Assembly: GCA_033764315.1 (NCBI GenBank)
Contig: JANRJA010000065.1
Span: 21,794-85,793, forward strand
Source: Oculatellaceae cyanobacterium bins.114
GTDB taxonomy: Bacteria > Cyanobacteriota > Cyanobacteriia > Elainellales > Elainellaceae
Length of the DNA: 64,000 nucleotides
Direction of reading: 5' to 3'
The translations under genes and the position numbers were made by a program. The notes under the pieces are model-generated. The model worked only from the letters and a program-made list of their open reading frames with translations, had not been told where the DNA came from and ran no database searches. Position 1 is the first letter of the stretch. Each line of letters begins with the position of its first letter. Below, in pieces: positions 1 through 11,766 of the stretch.

Positions 1-138
1 ATGTCAACCACCAGAATAGACTAATCACCCGGTTGGATCGTTAACTATGGATGATCAATTGGTAATTGTCTAACCCCAATTTGAATTGGCTTTGCTGCAC
101 ATGACTCTATCGAGTATGCCTGGATTCGGTTTACTATC

Positions 139-245
139 ACTTTTTCCCTCTTCTTTTTTCCCTCTTCTCTTATCCTTTATCCTTCATCGTTTTATCCTTC
201 CCTCTTCCCTCTTCCCTCTTCTCTCTTCCCTCTTCTCTCTTCTGC
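139..245. repeat. Pyrimidine-rich short tandem (heptamer-like) repeats
   Basis: Runs such as TTTATCC and TCTTCCC; they produce the spurious low-complexity N-terminus of ORF 86..1642. Confidence 0.6.
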
Positions 246-280
246 TATGCTTGAGCCTTGAAAACCTCCTCATACCCAGT

Positions 281-1642
281 ATGTTCATACGCTACAGGCT
301 AAGATGGGCAAGTCGTTTCGGCGTTGCCTTGCTGATTGGAATGTTAACGTTTAGTCTGGTTTTGACAACGGCTCCCACCCGCGCTCAAGGCGCGATCGCC
401 CAAGCAACGGCAGCGGCTCGGCAGCAACAACGAGATCAGCAGGTGCGGCAGGTGCGGGCTGAAAACTATGATGTCAACCGCTATCCGGTGACGGACGCTA
501 ATGAGCGACACTGGCGTAATATCTTGTGGACAACAGCCGTGGTGGAGCCGCAGGAGCCTTATGTGGCAGAGGCGATCGCCCGCATCTTATCTCTGGCTGC
601 TCAAACGGGTCTGTCTCGTCCTCAACAACATACGGTTGAGATGGCACTACAAATCGGCACTCAACTCTATTTCAGTAACCCTACTGGGTATGCGGCAATT
701 GGGCAACAGTTGCGGCAAGTGGTTGAACGCAGTCCTAATGCAGAGTGGGCAGCGATGTCACTGTCAGCCCTAGCCAAAACGGGGCTTGATCCCCAGCAAC
801 GCCAATCTCTAAGCGATCGCTTACGACAGCGGTTTCCCCAATGGACTCAGGATGTCTATCTCTATACGACCCTGCGCGATTTGGCTCTGTTGGATCAAGC
901 ACCTGCAACCCCTCCGTTGAGCGATCTGTTGCAGTGGGCGATCGCCCCCAATCAAGTCCATCTCTATGTGGTCTGCCGACCCGATCGCGGTGTATTGTGT
1001 CAGACCGTGGTCAAAGACGGCAATGGTGAATTTTTGCGGCAAAATGGTCAACTGTGGTCAATGCCGCTGTTGTTGCGATCGCTGCATGAGTTGTCCTGGA
1101 ACTTTACACGTGGGCAAACCCCTCAGGGCATTTACCGGATTGAGGGAGTCCGGACTGCTGACCTGACAACCTTTAGAGCCTATGGTGCCTATGATCTGGT
1201 GAAACTTTTTGCACCCTATGAAGAGGGTGTGCGGGAGTTTATTCCCGGTCGCCCTGGTCAACTACCTGCGACGTTAACCGCCTATCAAGCTCTTTTGCCC
1301 CCTTCGTGGCGCAGTTACTATCCTATTCAACAAAGCTATTGGGCAGGCAAAGCGGGACGAGGTTTATTTCGGATTCATGGCAGTGGTGAAGATCCGGGGT
1401 TCTTTACCAATAACAACCGCTATCCCAACAGTCTGGGCTGGAATCCGGCGATCGGGTGCCTCTCTGCTTTAGAGCTTTACGACGACACAGGCTACTTGCA
1501 ACAAGCCCATATGCCATCTCTTTTAAGCGTCTTAACCCGTTTAGGAGGGCGATCGTTTACGGGATATCTCACCGTTGTCGAAGTGCCGGGATCAAATACA
1601 CCGATTTCGATGGCAGAACTGGAAGCGGCGATCGCGCGATGA
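281..1642 (+). CDS. Exported protein with C-terminal L,D-transpeptidase (YkuD)-like domain
   Basis: Signal-like segment after ATG 281; motifs TPQGIYRI, FRIHGSG and AIGCL resemble the YkuD His/Cys pattern; start uncertain. Confidence 0.6.
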   Translation: MFIRYRLRWASRFGVALLIGMLTFSLVLTTAPTRAQGAIAQATAAARQQQRDQQVRQVRAENYDVNRYPVTDANERHWRNILWTTAVVEPQEPYVAEAIARILSLAAQTGLSRPQQHTVEMALQIGTQLYFSNPTGYAAIGQQLRQVVERSPNAEWAAMSLSALAKTGLDPQQRQSLSDRLRQRFPQWTQDVYLYTTLRDLALLDQAPATPPLSDLLQWAIAPNQVHLYVVCRPDRGVLCQTVVKDGNGEFLRQNGQLWSMPLLLRSLHELSWNFTRGQTPQGIYRIEGVRTADLTTFRAYGAYDLVKLFAPYEEGVREFIPGRPGQLPATLTAYQALLPPSWRSYYPIQQSYWAGKAGRGLFRIHGSGEDPGFFTNNNRYPNSLGWNPAIGCLSALELYDDTGYLQQAHMPSLLSVLTRLGGRSFTGYLTVVEVPGSNTPISMAELEAAIAR

Positions 1643-1645
1643 GGA

Positions 1646-1692
1646 ATTTAGGTTTGGAGTTTGGATTTTAGATTTTGGATTTTGGATTTTGA
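1646..1692. repeat. TTTTGGA-type heptamer tandem repeat
   Basis: tttaggtttggagtttggattttagattttggattttggattttg. Confidence 0.7.
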
Positions 1693-1796
1693 GTAAAACT
1701 GTGGGGAAGGACTCATACCAAATTAAACAGTAATCGTTGCACATGACCTCACCGCCTGGGGCACCTGCCCTTGCCAAGGCGAGTTCATTCCTGCCG

Positions 1797-1823
1797 CAGG
1801 GATGTTTCGCGAAACGCCCTTAC
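1797..1823 (-). repeat. REP-like palindrome GTAAGGGCGTTTCGCGAAAC, also at 18364-18390
   Basis: Reverse complement matches the 18364 copy over about 25 nt. Confidence 0.65.
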
Positions 1824-1879
1824 AAAATTCCTAGCCTCATCTCCTCACTTTTTGCCTTTTGTTGAGGCTTGGTGCTACC

Positions 1880-3361
1880 TTACGATTGCGAATCTGATGG
1901 GTTAGAGGGTTTTGGGGGAGTCTCGTTTTCTTCCATAGCGCGCCGTTCTCGAATGGTTTTTGCCCGCACCATCAAATCTTGAAAATATCCCGACTCAGTA
2001 ATCTCAGACACTTGCTTGGCGCGTTTTTCTTGGTCGATCTCAATTTTGGGTTTGAGGACGACTTTAACCTGGTCGCGCACCTGTTCATAAATGGCCTGAG
2101 TATAGCCGCCTTTGGTGGCTCGATCGACTAACACAACTCCCACAGCACTCCCCACAAGGGCGATCGCCGGAGGCACCAGCGGCACCCATCCACTTTTGAG
2201 GAAGATGAAATAACAGGCTCCGTACAGCACGCCCAGAGCAACTCCCTCTGAAACGATAAAGACGAGCGTTTTGCGCACTGACCAGGCTACGACACCACCC
2301 ACAACTGCCCAGCCCACAATCCACAGCATCTCAATGCCTTCTGGCCAATACCACAGCAGAGGCCGCTGATCAAGCACTGCCCGCAAAATTTGACTGGTTG
2401 CGTGGGCATGAATGACGACTCCTGGGATCTCTTCACCCAACGGGGTTAGAAATACATCATTGGCGATTTGGGAGGTATAGCCAATCAACACAACGCGATC
2501 GCGCACCCAATTGGGGTCAATCCGATTCTCTAAAACATCGGTCAACGTGACCTGTCGGATGCTATCCAGGGAGCCGTAATTTAATAAAACCTGATAATCG
2601 GGTGTATCTGCATTGCGATATCCCCCGGCATTGGGTTGCAAACGATTAAAGACCACCGAGCCAATCTGAATGTCTCCATTCGGGGCTTCTGTGGCCGCAA
2701 TTCCCTCTCGCTCTAGATACATCAGAGATAAGAGCAAGCTTAATGACGGAGGTTGAAGATCGGCGTTAACGTCACTACAAAGGCTGGGGTTGACGATAGG
2801 GTAATCAGAAATTCCGGGGCTTGACACCAAGGCAATGCGACGGATCACCCCCAGATTGTCTTTTGGAAAATCTGCAAACCCCACCCGATCGTCGGGGACT
2901 CCTGGAGGAGGGGCTATACCGGGGTCGTCTTTAGAACTCAAGACACAGGTGGCGGCAATGAGATCACTCTCTTCTAAAATTTGCAGCAGTGCATCTCGAT
3001 TGTTGCCCTGGGGCACATCTCTGGCGATGTCAATTCCAATGGCACGGGGTTGGTTTTCGAGAAGTCGATCGAGCAATTGTGCTAGAGTGCCGTCTTGAAT
3101 GGGGAATTCGTTACGGGTTTGGATATCGGTTTCACTAATACCAACGACTAACAACCGATGATCAAAGTCTTTGCTCTGGCGCGATCGCACCAACTGATCA
3201 TAAGCATTCAGCTCTGCTCCTTCGAGTCCCCCCAGTTGCCGCAAGAGCAACACGCATCCTGCGACCCCCAGACTGGTTAGCAAAACAGTGCCCCCCAAAG
3301 ACTTTAGGAGCGATCGCCAACGTTTAGGGTTAGTAAACCAAGACCGAAAATGTTGCACCAT
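1880..3361 (-). CDS. CHASE2 domain membrane protein
   Basis: ELNAYDQL, LLVVGISETDI, PRAIGIDI, VLIGY and PGVVIHA motifs, three TM helices, short cytoplasmic tail. Confidence 0.85.
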   Translation of the reverse strand: MVQHFRSWFTNPKRWRSLLKSLGGTVLLTSLGVAGCVLLLRQLGGLEGAELNAYDQLVRSRQSKDFDHRLLVVGISETDIQTRNEFPIQDGTLAQLLDRLLENQPRAIGIDIARDVPQGNNRDALLQILEESDLIAATCVLSSKDDPGIAPPPGVPDDRVGFADFPKDNLGVIRRIALVSSPGISDYPIVNPSLCSDVNADLQPPSLSLLLSLMYLEREGIAATEAPNGDIQIGSVVFNRLQPNAGGYRNADTPDYQVLLNYGSLDSIRQVTLTDVLENRIDPNWVRDRVVLIGYTSQIANDVFLTPLGEEIPGVVIHAHATSQILRAVLDQRPLLWYWPEGIEMLWIVGWAVVGGVVAWSVRKTLVFIVSEGVALGVLYGACYFIFLKSGWVPLVPPAIALVGSAVGVVLVDRATKGGYTQAIYEQVRDQVKVVLKPKIEIDQEKRAKQVSEITESGYFQDLMVRAKTIRERRAMEENETPPKPSNPSDSQS

Positions 3362-3630
3362 CTTGCACTGCTAATACTGATTCTGCTTATGCTCCATCGT
3401 TCCACGAGAGTCGTCTAGAGCAAATTCCTAATTCTTAATTTTCTGCCACTCCTGATAGGAGCGTAGCAAGCATCACACATTTTGGCACAATTTTTTTTTG
3501 CAGCTATCCTAAAGGCATCTCAAAATTATTTGATGTCAGTAGAATCCAATCTTAAGAATCCAATCTCACTTAGAAGCCAGTTCTCAGCAAATTTAGCGTC
3601 TTAATCGATCTTAATTTAGAGGATAGTCTG

Positions 3631-6075
3631 ATGGTTGACCCGATAGCGACCGATGCATCTGCGATCGCACCAGAATCTCAGGGGGCGATCGCGCAGAGAT
3701 ACCCGCAAGGGGGCGCGCTTGATCAGTTTATCCTTCAGCCCGTTATTTTAGCAGGAGATCCCAACGGCAATCCTCCTGACTCTCCCGATCAGCGAATTGA
3801 CCCCAATACGCGCACTTCTCCCTATGCCGGAGTCGGCAGCGTTGGCGTTTCGCTTCCGGGCACGGGTGACTTTTTAGGCTCAGGCACGGCCATTAGTCGT
3901 CGCCACATTCTCACGGCGGCTCATCTGCTCGATATTGTCAACGAAGATGGGGTCATTGATCCCTCTCCTGAAAATGTCATCTTTAACCTCAACTTTGGAC
4001 GCATTCTCTCCGATCGCATCCCCGCTGAGTCGTTACAAATCTTTCCAGGCTATCAAGGATTTGACAATACCGTTAGTAATGATCTGGCTATTATTACCCT
4101 CAGTCGTGATCTGCCAGAAGGGGTGCCGATTTACGACCTCTATCGCCAACCTCTGACAACTGGCACCACCCTGACCCTCGTAGGATATGGCACGTCAGGA
4201 GATGGCATGAATGGACAAACCCCTGGCACAGCGAGCTTTGACCAAAAACGAGTCGGGCAAAACCAGGTCGATCTCACCCTGGAAGGGGCTTTTGTCTATG
4301 ACTTTGATGGCTCAGATGCATCTAGCAATCTGTTTGCTGGGGTTGGCTCAGGGCTGACGTTGGGCAACACCATCGAATCCTCAGTCGGGCCAGGTGACTC
4401 TGGCGGGCCCAGTTTTATCCAAAACGGCAATACCCTCTTGTTGGCGGGGGTGAATACTTTTGCGTTTGCCCTGCCTGAAGGTTTTGGTTTACCTGGCACG
4501 ATTCAAGGGGTGTTTGGCACTGGAGGGGGTGGCGTCATTGTCTCAGACTCTGACAAGCTAGCCTGGATCGATGGCATCTTGGCGACCTTGCCGAGTACAA
4601 CCGGGACGGTGTCGGGTACGGTCTGGGAGGATGTGAATGGGGATGGCGATCGCGACACTGACGAAACTGGACTCTCCGGTTGGACGATCTATCTCGATCT
4701 AAACCAGGATGGGCAGTTGACCGCCAACGAACCCACCAGCATCAGCACTGCCCAAGGAACTTATCAATTTACGGGGTTAGCGGCAGGCAGTTATACGGTC
4801 GCTGCCCTGACCCAATCTGGGTGGGAGCAAACCTTTCCGGTCGGTCGCACCGTTGAATTGCTCAACGCCGACTTTAGTGACAGCAGTGGCAATGCCAGTT
4901 TGGATGGATTTACCATCGACAATACTGGAGCCTCTGCTGCTGGGCTATGGCATCTCTCGACGGGACGCGGCAACCAAACCGGACACTCCGCCGATGACAG
5001 CCTCTATTTTGGTACGGGTGAAGGAGTGGATGGTGGTGGCAATTACAATGTGGGTCACACGGCTGGTCGAGTCACCTCTGGGGCGATCGCTCTTCCCGCA
5101 GGCTCTAACGTGGAACTGGCCTTTAACTATTTTTTGAATGTCGAGATTCCAACCACGACGGATCAGGTGCGCGTCCAGATTTCTCAAAACGGGGGAGCCT
5201 TTCAGTCAATTGGCACTAAGGGCACGACCTTATTGTCGGTGATCAACCCCACCTGGCGCAGTGCCACGCTGGACTTAACCCCTTATGCAGGGAGTACGGT
5301 GCAACTCCGGTTTGAGCTGGATACGCTCGATGCCTCCTTCAATCGCTTTGAGGGATGGTATATCGACGATGTGGCAGTTCGGGCAACCAGCACCAACACG
5401 CATCGGGTGCAACTGGTGAATGGAGCAACCCTGGGCGATCTCAACTTTGGTTATCGTCAAATCAGTGCCCCTACTCCCACGCCAACTCCAGCTCCAACTC
5501 CGACTCCGGCTCCGACTCCAGCCCCCACTCCGGTTCCTGCCCCGGCCCCCACCCCAAACCTGATTCCGGGCACCGACAGTAACGATACCCTGTTGGGGAC
5601 AGATGCGGCTGACGTCGTTAATGGCGGCACTGGACGCGATCGCCTCTCAGGAGCCGGGGGCAATGACGAACTCAACGGTGAAGCGGGTAACGACACCCTG
5701 TTTGGCGGAGACGGAGTAGACATCCTCAATGGTGGCAGTGGCAACGATGTGTTAGTCGGCAACAGTGGCAGAGACGTCCTCACAGGTGGCGCAGGGCGCG
5801 ATCGCTTTGTGTACCTTGCTGCCTCAGATCGAGTCGATCGGATCACCGATTTTGAGGGCGATCGCGATGTACTTGACTTAAGAGTCCTATTTGCTCAACC
5901 TGGTTTTAACAGTGTCACCCCTATTGCAGACTACATCCGTCTCACCCAAATTGGGGTGCACACGGTTGTTAGTGTTGACTTTAACGGCGACATCGGCGGC
6001 AATCGATTTAACCGATTGGCCATCCTTGAAAATGTTGTTGCCACCACCGTGGGTAATAACAGCTTTTGGGTCTAG
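3631..6075 (+). CDS. Secreted trypsin-like serine protease with SdrD-B-like domain, Pro/Thr linker and RTX Ca-binding repeats
   Basis: ILTAAH / NDLAI / GDSGGP triad; GTVWEDVNGDG; PT/PA linker; GGxGxD repeats. Confidence 0.85.
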   Translation: MVDPIATDASAIAPESQGAIAQRYPQGGALDQFILQPVILAGDPNGNPPDSPDQRIDPNTRTSPYAGVGSVGVSLPGTGDFLGSGTAISRRHILTAAHLLDIVNEDGVIDPSPENVIFNLNFGRILSDRIPAESLQIFPGYQGFDNTVSNDLAIITLSRDLPEGVPIYDLYRQPLTTGTTLTLVGYGTSGDGMNGQTPGTASFDQKRVGQNQVDLTLEGAFVYDFDGSDASSNLFAGVGSGLTLGNTIESSVGPGDSGGPSFIQNGNTLLLAGVNTFAFALPEGFGLPGTIQGVFGTGGGGVIVSDSDKLAWIDGILATLPSTTGTVSGTVWEDVNGDGDRDTDETGLSGWTIYLDLNQDGQLTANEPTSISTAQGTYQFTGLAAGSYTVAALTQSGWEQTFPVGRTVELLNADFSDSSGNASLDGFTIDNTGASAAGLWHLSTGRGNQTGHSADDSLYFGTGEGVDGGGNYNVGHTAGRVTSGAIALPAGSNVELAFNYFLNVEIPTTTDQVRVQISQNGGAFQSIGTKGTTLLSVINPTWRSATLDLTPYAGSTVQLRFELDTLDASFNRFEGWYIDDVAVRATSTNTHRVQLVNGATLGDLNFGYRQISAPTPTPTPAPTPTPAPTPAPTPVPAPAPTPNLIPGTDSNDTLLGTDAADVVNGGTGRDRLSGAGGNDELNGEAGNDTLFGGDGVDILNGGSGNDVLVGNSGRDVLTGGAGRDRFVYLAASDRVDRITDFEGDRDVLDLRVLFAQPGFNSVTPIADYIRLTQIGVHTVVSVDFNGDIGGNRFNRLAILENVVATTVGNNSFWV

Positions 6076-6337
6076 AGGGAGGAGGGGGTTGGGGACAGGG
6101 GGTTCAGCTAGGGTGACGATCGCCAATTGTTGATCGACCTTGGATCTTGACGATTGACCAGCGACCAGCGATCCCAAAAAATAGGGGCACCCGTACTGGG
6201 AACAGATGCGAAGCGCGCCTTCCTTCTGTTCCTACACACTATGCGGAGGGAGTCTGAGGGACGTGCTTCGTCTCTCAGCGAGGGGGGGTGGGGGAAGCTT
6301 CCCCCAAGGCTCGGTTTCCCAGGCACTCCAAAATGAT

Positions 6338-7285
6338 TCACGCCAACTGAGACAGCCGTTCCACCAATAATCTGTGAAAGCCATCGGCATCTCCCGATAA
6401 CACCACATTGACATTGGGGTGGTGGTTGCTCCCCCCTAACCCATCTACCACCGTCCGCCCCAACGACAACTCACTAGCAATCTCCACATCTACCCGCATT
6501 TTGCGGCTAGTGAATAAATCTGGCTGAATCAAGTAGGCAATCACACAGGGATCATGCAATGGATTGCCTGCGAAACCGTGTTGCTCGACCTCAAAGGTGT
6601 AATCGCTCAGCAACGCAGCCGCAATTTGACCCACAGGAGTGGCGATCGCCCGAATTGCCGCTAACCGCTCTGGAGTCGTCAAAATTTGGTGGGTCACATC
6701 CAGCCCAATCATCGTCAGGGGAATGCCACTGGTGAACACAACATGCGCCGCATGGGGATCAACAAAGATATTAAACTCAGCCGATGAGGTGACATTTCCT
6801 CGACCGATCGCCCCTCCCATCAACACCACCTCAGGGATTTTGAGCGCAATACGAGGTTCCTTGATCAGAGCGATCGCCACATTAGTGAGGGGGCCTAGCG
6901 TCGCCAGGGTAATCGGTTCTGAGGCGGTCATTAGCGTCTCAATCAAAAAATCGACCCCATGTTGCGGCTGCAATGGCATTGTCGGTTCTGGTAAATGCAC
7001 TGTTCCCAATCCGGTCTTGCCATGCACCTCTTCAGCCGTTGCCAGAGAACGCATGATCGGACGTGAACATCCGGCATATACGCCTAAGTCGTTGCATCCG
7101 GCTAATTCACAAATACGGCGAGCATTTTTTTGGGTGAGTGCTAAGGGCACATTACCCGCAACCGTTGTGATCCCTAATAGATGCAACTCTGGTGCAGCAA
7201 AGGCCAACAACAGGGCGATCGCATCGTCTACCCCCGGATCACAATCAATCACGATCGGCTTTGCAGCCTGCATTCCATCTGTCAT
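6338..7285 (-). CDS. Inosine/uridine-preferring nucleoside hydrolase
   Basis: IDCDPGVDD, LGPLTN, AEFNIFVDP, LHDP. Confidence 0.92.
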   Translation of the reverse strand: MTDGMQAAKPIVIDCDPGVDDAIALLLAFAAPELHLLGITTVAGNVPLALTQKNARRICELAGCNDLGVYAGCSRPIMRSLATAEEVHGKTGLGTVHLPEPTMPLQPQHGVDFLIETLMTASEPITLATLGPLTNVAIALIKEPRIALKIPEVVLMGGAIGRGNVTSSAEFNIFVDPHAAHVVFTSGIPLTMIGLDVTHQILTTPERLAAIRAIATPVGQIAAALLSDYTFEVEQHGFAGNPLHDPCVIAYLIQPDLFTSRKMRVDVEIASELSLGRTVVDGLGGSNHHPNVNVVLSGDADGFHRLLVERLSQLA

Positions 7286-7355
7286 TTGGAATCCCCTTAT
7301 CGACTCATGCCAATCTACGTTAGCGTAGGGATGGAAACTTGATGCTCAGTGTACT

Positions 7356-8720
7356 GTGTTGTTCTCCAAAAAAAGTGTTATTTTAGCGGGTCTAGTGTTC
7401 ACATTGCTGCCGTTGGCATCGTGTGCCAATACACCGTTTGCAGAACGGTTTGAGCGATCGCTGGCGGCTGATCCGCGTTTAACCAATACTCCCAATGCTG
7501 GGCCATCCAGTCCTACTCCCACGGGCGACAATGTTCAGCTTCCGGCTGACTTTCCTAGTGATATTCCCCGTTATCCTGGAGCCGAATTATTAGCGGTTAT
7601 TCCTGCTGACCTATCAACGACCGCTGCGTCGGGTCAAGCGACAGAGTCACGATGGCGAACCCCTGATAGAGCAGACCAGGTACAGCAGTTTTATCGGGAT
7701 ATTTTGCGGTCAAACGACTGGCGCATCTTGCAACCTACTGCCGATAACCCCACACCTGAGAGTGCCGATGAGAGTGCTGACATTGTCGCTGAACGCAGTG
7801 GCATCCGGCTCACATTAAGCGTTACGCCATCATCTACTCCAGTTCCGGCTCCTGGCAGTGGCACCGACTTTACCCTCAGCTATAGCCAAAGTGATCCTAA
7901 TTTAGCTAGCTCTCCTACCCCCACCCCTACTTCAGGGGGAGTGATTGCTTCTAGCTCAGTGCCCCAACCCGGTGATCCTAACTTTGTTGGCCCGCTGCCT
8001 CAATCGGGGGCTACGCCACGACCGACTCAATCTGAACCTGCTACTCCTACGGCTGCCCCTCAAACCTTTAGTGACCTCAGCCAAGCCCCAGAGGAATTGC
8101 GCTCTTATATTGAAGATCTTGCTAAGCTCGGTGTCCTTAGCACAAACAGCTCTAGTCGAGAGTTTAAACCCAACGCGATCGCCACTCGTCGCGACTATGC
8201 TCGTTGGTTAGTGGCGGCAAACAACGCGATCTATCGCGATCGCCCTGCCCAAAAAATTCGCTTGGGGGTCAACACCGATGAACCCGTGTTTCGCGATGTG
8301 CCTCGCAATGACCCTGACTTTGCGGCTATTCAAGGCTTAGCCCAGGCAGGCTTAATTCCCAGTCCATTGTCGGGCGATGCCACCACCCTCACCTTTCGCC
8401 CTGATGCGCCGCTTACCCGCGAAAACTTGATCCTCTGGAAAGCTCCAGTCGATGTCCGGCAAACCCTCCCTAACGCAACCGTACAGGCGATTCAGGAAAC
8501 CTGGGGGTTTCAAGATGCTAACCGCATTGACTCTAGGTCGCTTCGAGCTGTTTTAGCTGATTTTCAAAATGGGGATCTCTCCAATATTCGCCGTGCCTTT
8601 GGCTATACCACCTTGTTTCAACCCAAAAAAAACGTGACTCGCGCCGAGGCGGCAGCGGTGCTCTGGTATTTTGGCACTCAAGGCGATGGTCTGTCGGCTA
8701 AAGATGCCCTGGCTGAGTAG
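7356..8720 (+). CDS. S-layer homology (SLH) domain lipoprotein
   Basis: Lipobox LASC; SLH-like FKPNAIATRRDY, FRPDAPLTRE, FQPKKNVTRAEAA. Confidence 0.85.
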   Translation: MLFSKKSVILAGLVFTLLPLASCANTPFAERFERSLAADPRLTNTPNAGPSSPTPTGDNVQLPADFPSDIPRYPGAELLAVIPADLSTTAASGQATESRWRTPDRADQVQQFYRDILRSNDWRILQPTADNPTPESADESADIVAERSGIRLTLSVTPSSTPVPAPGSGTDFTLSYSQSDPNLASSPTPTPTSGGVIASSSVPQPGDPNFVGPLPQSGATPRPTQSEPATPTAAPQTFSDLSQAPEELRSYIEDLAKLGVLSTNSSSREFKPNAIATRRDYARWLVAANNAIYRDRPAQKIRLGVNTDEPVFRDVPRNDPDFAAIQGLAQAGLIPSPLSGDATTLTFRPDAPLTRENLILWKAPVDVRQTLPNATVQAIQETWGFQDANRIDSRSLRAVLADFQNGDLSNIRRAFGYTTLFQPKKNVTRAEAAAVLWYFGTQGDGLSAKDALAE

Positions 8721-8817
8721 ACTATTTGCTTTTTGTCTCGTCAAGGATCTCCTGAATAAGACCAAAATAAAGTCCTTAATTGGGCTAGGATATTCAACTT
8801 GAGTCTTAATTCAATGA

Positions 8818-9828
<1,011 letters not shown>

Positions 9829-9856
9829 GTATTCCAGATCAAAAATCTAATTCCTA

Positions 9857-11020
9857 ATGACGGCTTTCATTCCCTACGGACGGCAAGACATTACTCAGCA
9901 CGATATTGATGCTGTGGTTGAAGTACTGCAATCGGATTGGATTACCCAAGGCCCAACAATTGATCGTTTTGAACAGGCAGTTGCCGCTTATTGTAGAGTC
10001 CAATATGCAGTTGCTGTTTCGAGTGCTACAGCCGCATTGCATATCGCTTGTCTTGCCGCTGGATTAGGCAATGGAGACTATCTCTGGACTTCACCTAACA
10101 CCTTTGTTGCCTCAGCAAACTGTGGTTTGTACTGTGGGAGCAAGGTCGATTTTGTCGATATTGACCCCCAAACCTATAATCTGAGCGTTGCTGAACTAAA
10201 ACGGAAATTGAGATGGGCGGAGGAACAAGGCTGTTTACCCAAACTTGTGATTCCAGTTCATCTGGCAGGCCAATCGTGTGAGATGGAGGCGATCGCCTCT
10301 CTTGCCCAAAAATATCAGTTTTGTGTGATTGAAGATGCCTCTCATGCGATTGGTGGACGGTATCAGCAACAACCCATTGGCTCCTGTCAATTTTCAGATA
10401 TGACGGTATTCAGCTTTCATCCTGTGAAGATTATCACGACGGGTGAAGGTGGCATGGTGTTGACCAATCGGGCCGACCTGTACGAAAACCTAATCCGCTT
10501 GAGGACGCATGGCATCACCCGCAATCCCAACTTGATGCAGGGAGAGTCGCATGGCCCCTGGTACTACCAACAAATTGAGTTGGGCTTTAATTACCGCATG
10601 ACGGATATTCAAGCGGCGTTAGGGTTAAGCCAATTGCAACGGCTTGACGAATTTGTGCGGCGACGACGATTTTTAGCCGATCGCTACAACCAATTACTGC
10701 AAGATTTGCCGATTATCTTGCCCTGGCAACATCCCGACACAGAATCTAGCTTTCACCTCTATGTCATTCGTCTCAAGCTCGACAAGATTGAGAAAACCCA
10801 TCGGCAAGTGTTTGAAGCATTGCGTCGCTGGAATATTGGAGTTAATCTCCATTACATTCCCATTCACATCCACCCTTACTATCAGCAATTGGGGTTTCAA
10901 TGGGGTGATTTTCCCACAGCAGAACACTACTATCAAGAAGCCATTACCCTGCCCATCTATTCTGGATTAACTGAGGACGATCAAGATAGAATTGTCGCCA
11001 TCTTGCGGGAGATTTTATGA
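9857..11020 (+). CDS. pseC: UDP-4-amino-4,6-dideoxy-N-acetyl-beta-L-altrosamine transaminase
   Basis: IPYGRQ, SSATAALH, EDASHA, FSFHPVKIITTGEGG; follows pseB. Confidence 0.92.
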   Translation: MTAFIPYGRQDITQHDIDAVVEVLQSDWITQGPTIDRFEQAVAAYCRVQYAVAVSSATAALHIACLAAGLGNGDYLWTSPNTFVASANCGLYCGSKVDFVDIDPQTYNLSVAELKRKLRWAEEQGCLPKLVIPVHLAGQSCEMEAIASLAQKYQFCVIEDASHAIGGRYQQQPIGSCQFSDMTVFSFHPVKIITTGEGGMVLTNRADLYENLIRLRTHGITRNPNLMQGESHGPWYYQQIELGFNYRMTDIQAALGLSQLQRLDEFVRRRRFLADRYNQLLQDLPIILPWQHPDTESSFHLYVIRLKLDKIEKTHRQVFEALRRWNIGVNLHYIPIHIHPYYQQLGFQWGDFPTAEHYYQEAITLPIYSGLTEDDQDRIVAILREIL

Positions 11021-11766
11021 TGAAAACCGCTGCTATTATTCAGGCACGTATGGGGTCAACTCGTCTGCCAGGAAAGGTAATGAAGTCGCTCTGTGGAAAG
11101 ACGGTTTTGTCTCATGTCATCACACGAGTGAAAGCTTGTTCTCTGGTGGATGAAATTATTGTGGCTACGACAACCTCTGATGATGCTGAGGCAATTGTTT
11201 TAGAAGCAGAAAAAGCAGGTGTTAATTGGTTTAGAGGCAGCGAAGATAATGTTTTGGAGCGGTATTATTTAGCTGCACAGCACTATCAAGTAGATCTCAT
11301 TGTACGAGTCACCTCTGACTGCCCACTGTTTGATCCAGAAGTGTTAGAAAGTTTGCTGGATTATTTTCATATGATGACGGATGTAGGGTTATTCATTGAC
11401 TATACCAGTAACACACTGACTCGCAGTTATCCTATTGGCTTAGATGCGGAGGTGTTTACATTTAGCACTCTAGAAAATGCTTACAATAATGCTACAAAAC
11501 CTTATGAAAAGGAGCATGTGACTCCTTATATTTATCAACATCCTGAAATTTTTGCATTACACAATCAACACTACGATGAAGACCTATCTAGTTATCGTTG
11601 GACGCTAGATACGCCTGAAGACTTTCAATTTATTGAAGCTGTTTATCAGGCGTTATATCAGCCCGATCGCCTCTTTACAATGGATGATATTTTGGAGTTG
11701 TTGGAGAAAAACCCCAGTCTAACCCAAATCAACGCCCACATTCGACAGAAGAAATTAGGAGAGTAA
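11017..11766 (+). CDS. SpsF-type nonulosonate cytidylyltransferase (PseF-equivalent)
   Basis: IIQARMGSTRLPGK, RGSEDNVLERY, SDCP, EHVTPYI, RWTLDTPED. Confidence 0.85.
   Translation: MMKTAAIIQARMGSTRLPGKVMKSLCGKTVLSHVITRVKACSLVDEIIVATTTSDDAEAIVLEAEKAGVNWFRGSEDNVLERYYLAAQHYQVDLIVRVTSDCPLFDPEVLESLLDYFHMMTDVGLFIDYTSNTLTRSYPIGLDAEVFTFSTLENAYNNATKPYEKEHVTPYIYQHPEIFALHNQHYDEDLSSYRWTLDTPEDFQFIEAVYQALYQPDRLFTMDDILELLEKNPSLTQINAHIRQKKLGE

Noticed and set aside
86..280. N-terminal extension of the first ORF
   Set aside because: Translation of pyrimidine-rich short repeats.
6639..7328. 229-aa antisense ORF and similar shadow ORFs (e.g. 19817-20569, 39322-39879)
   Set aside because: Overlap well-supported genes on the opposite strand and have no recognisable motifs.
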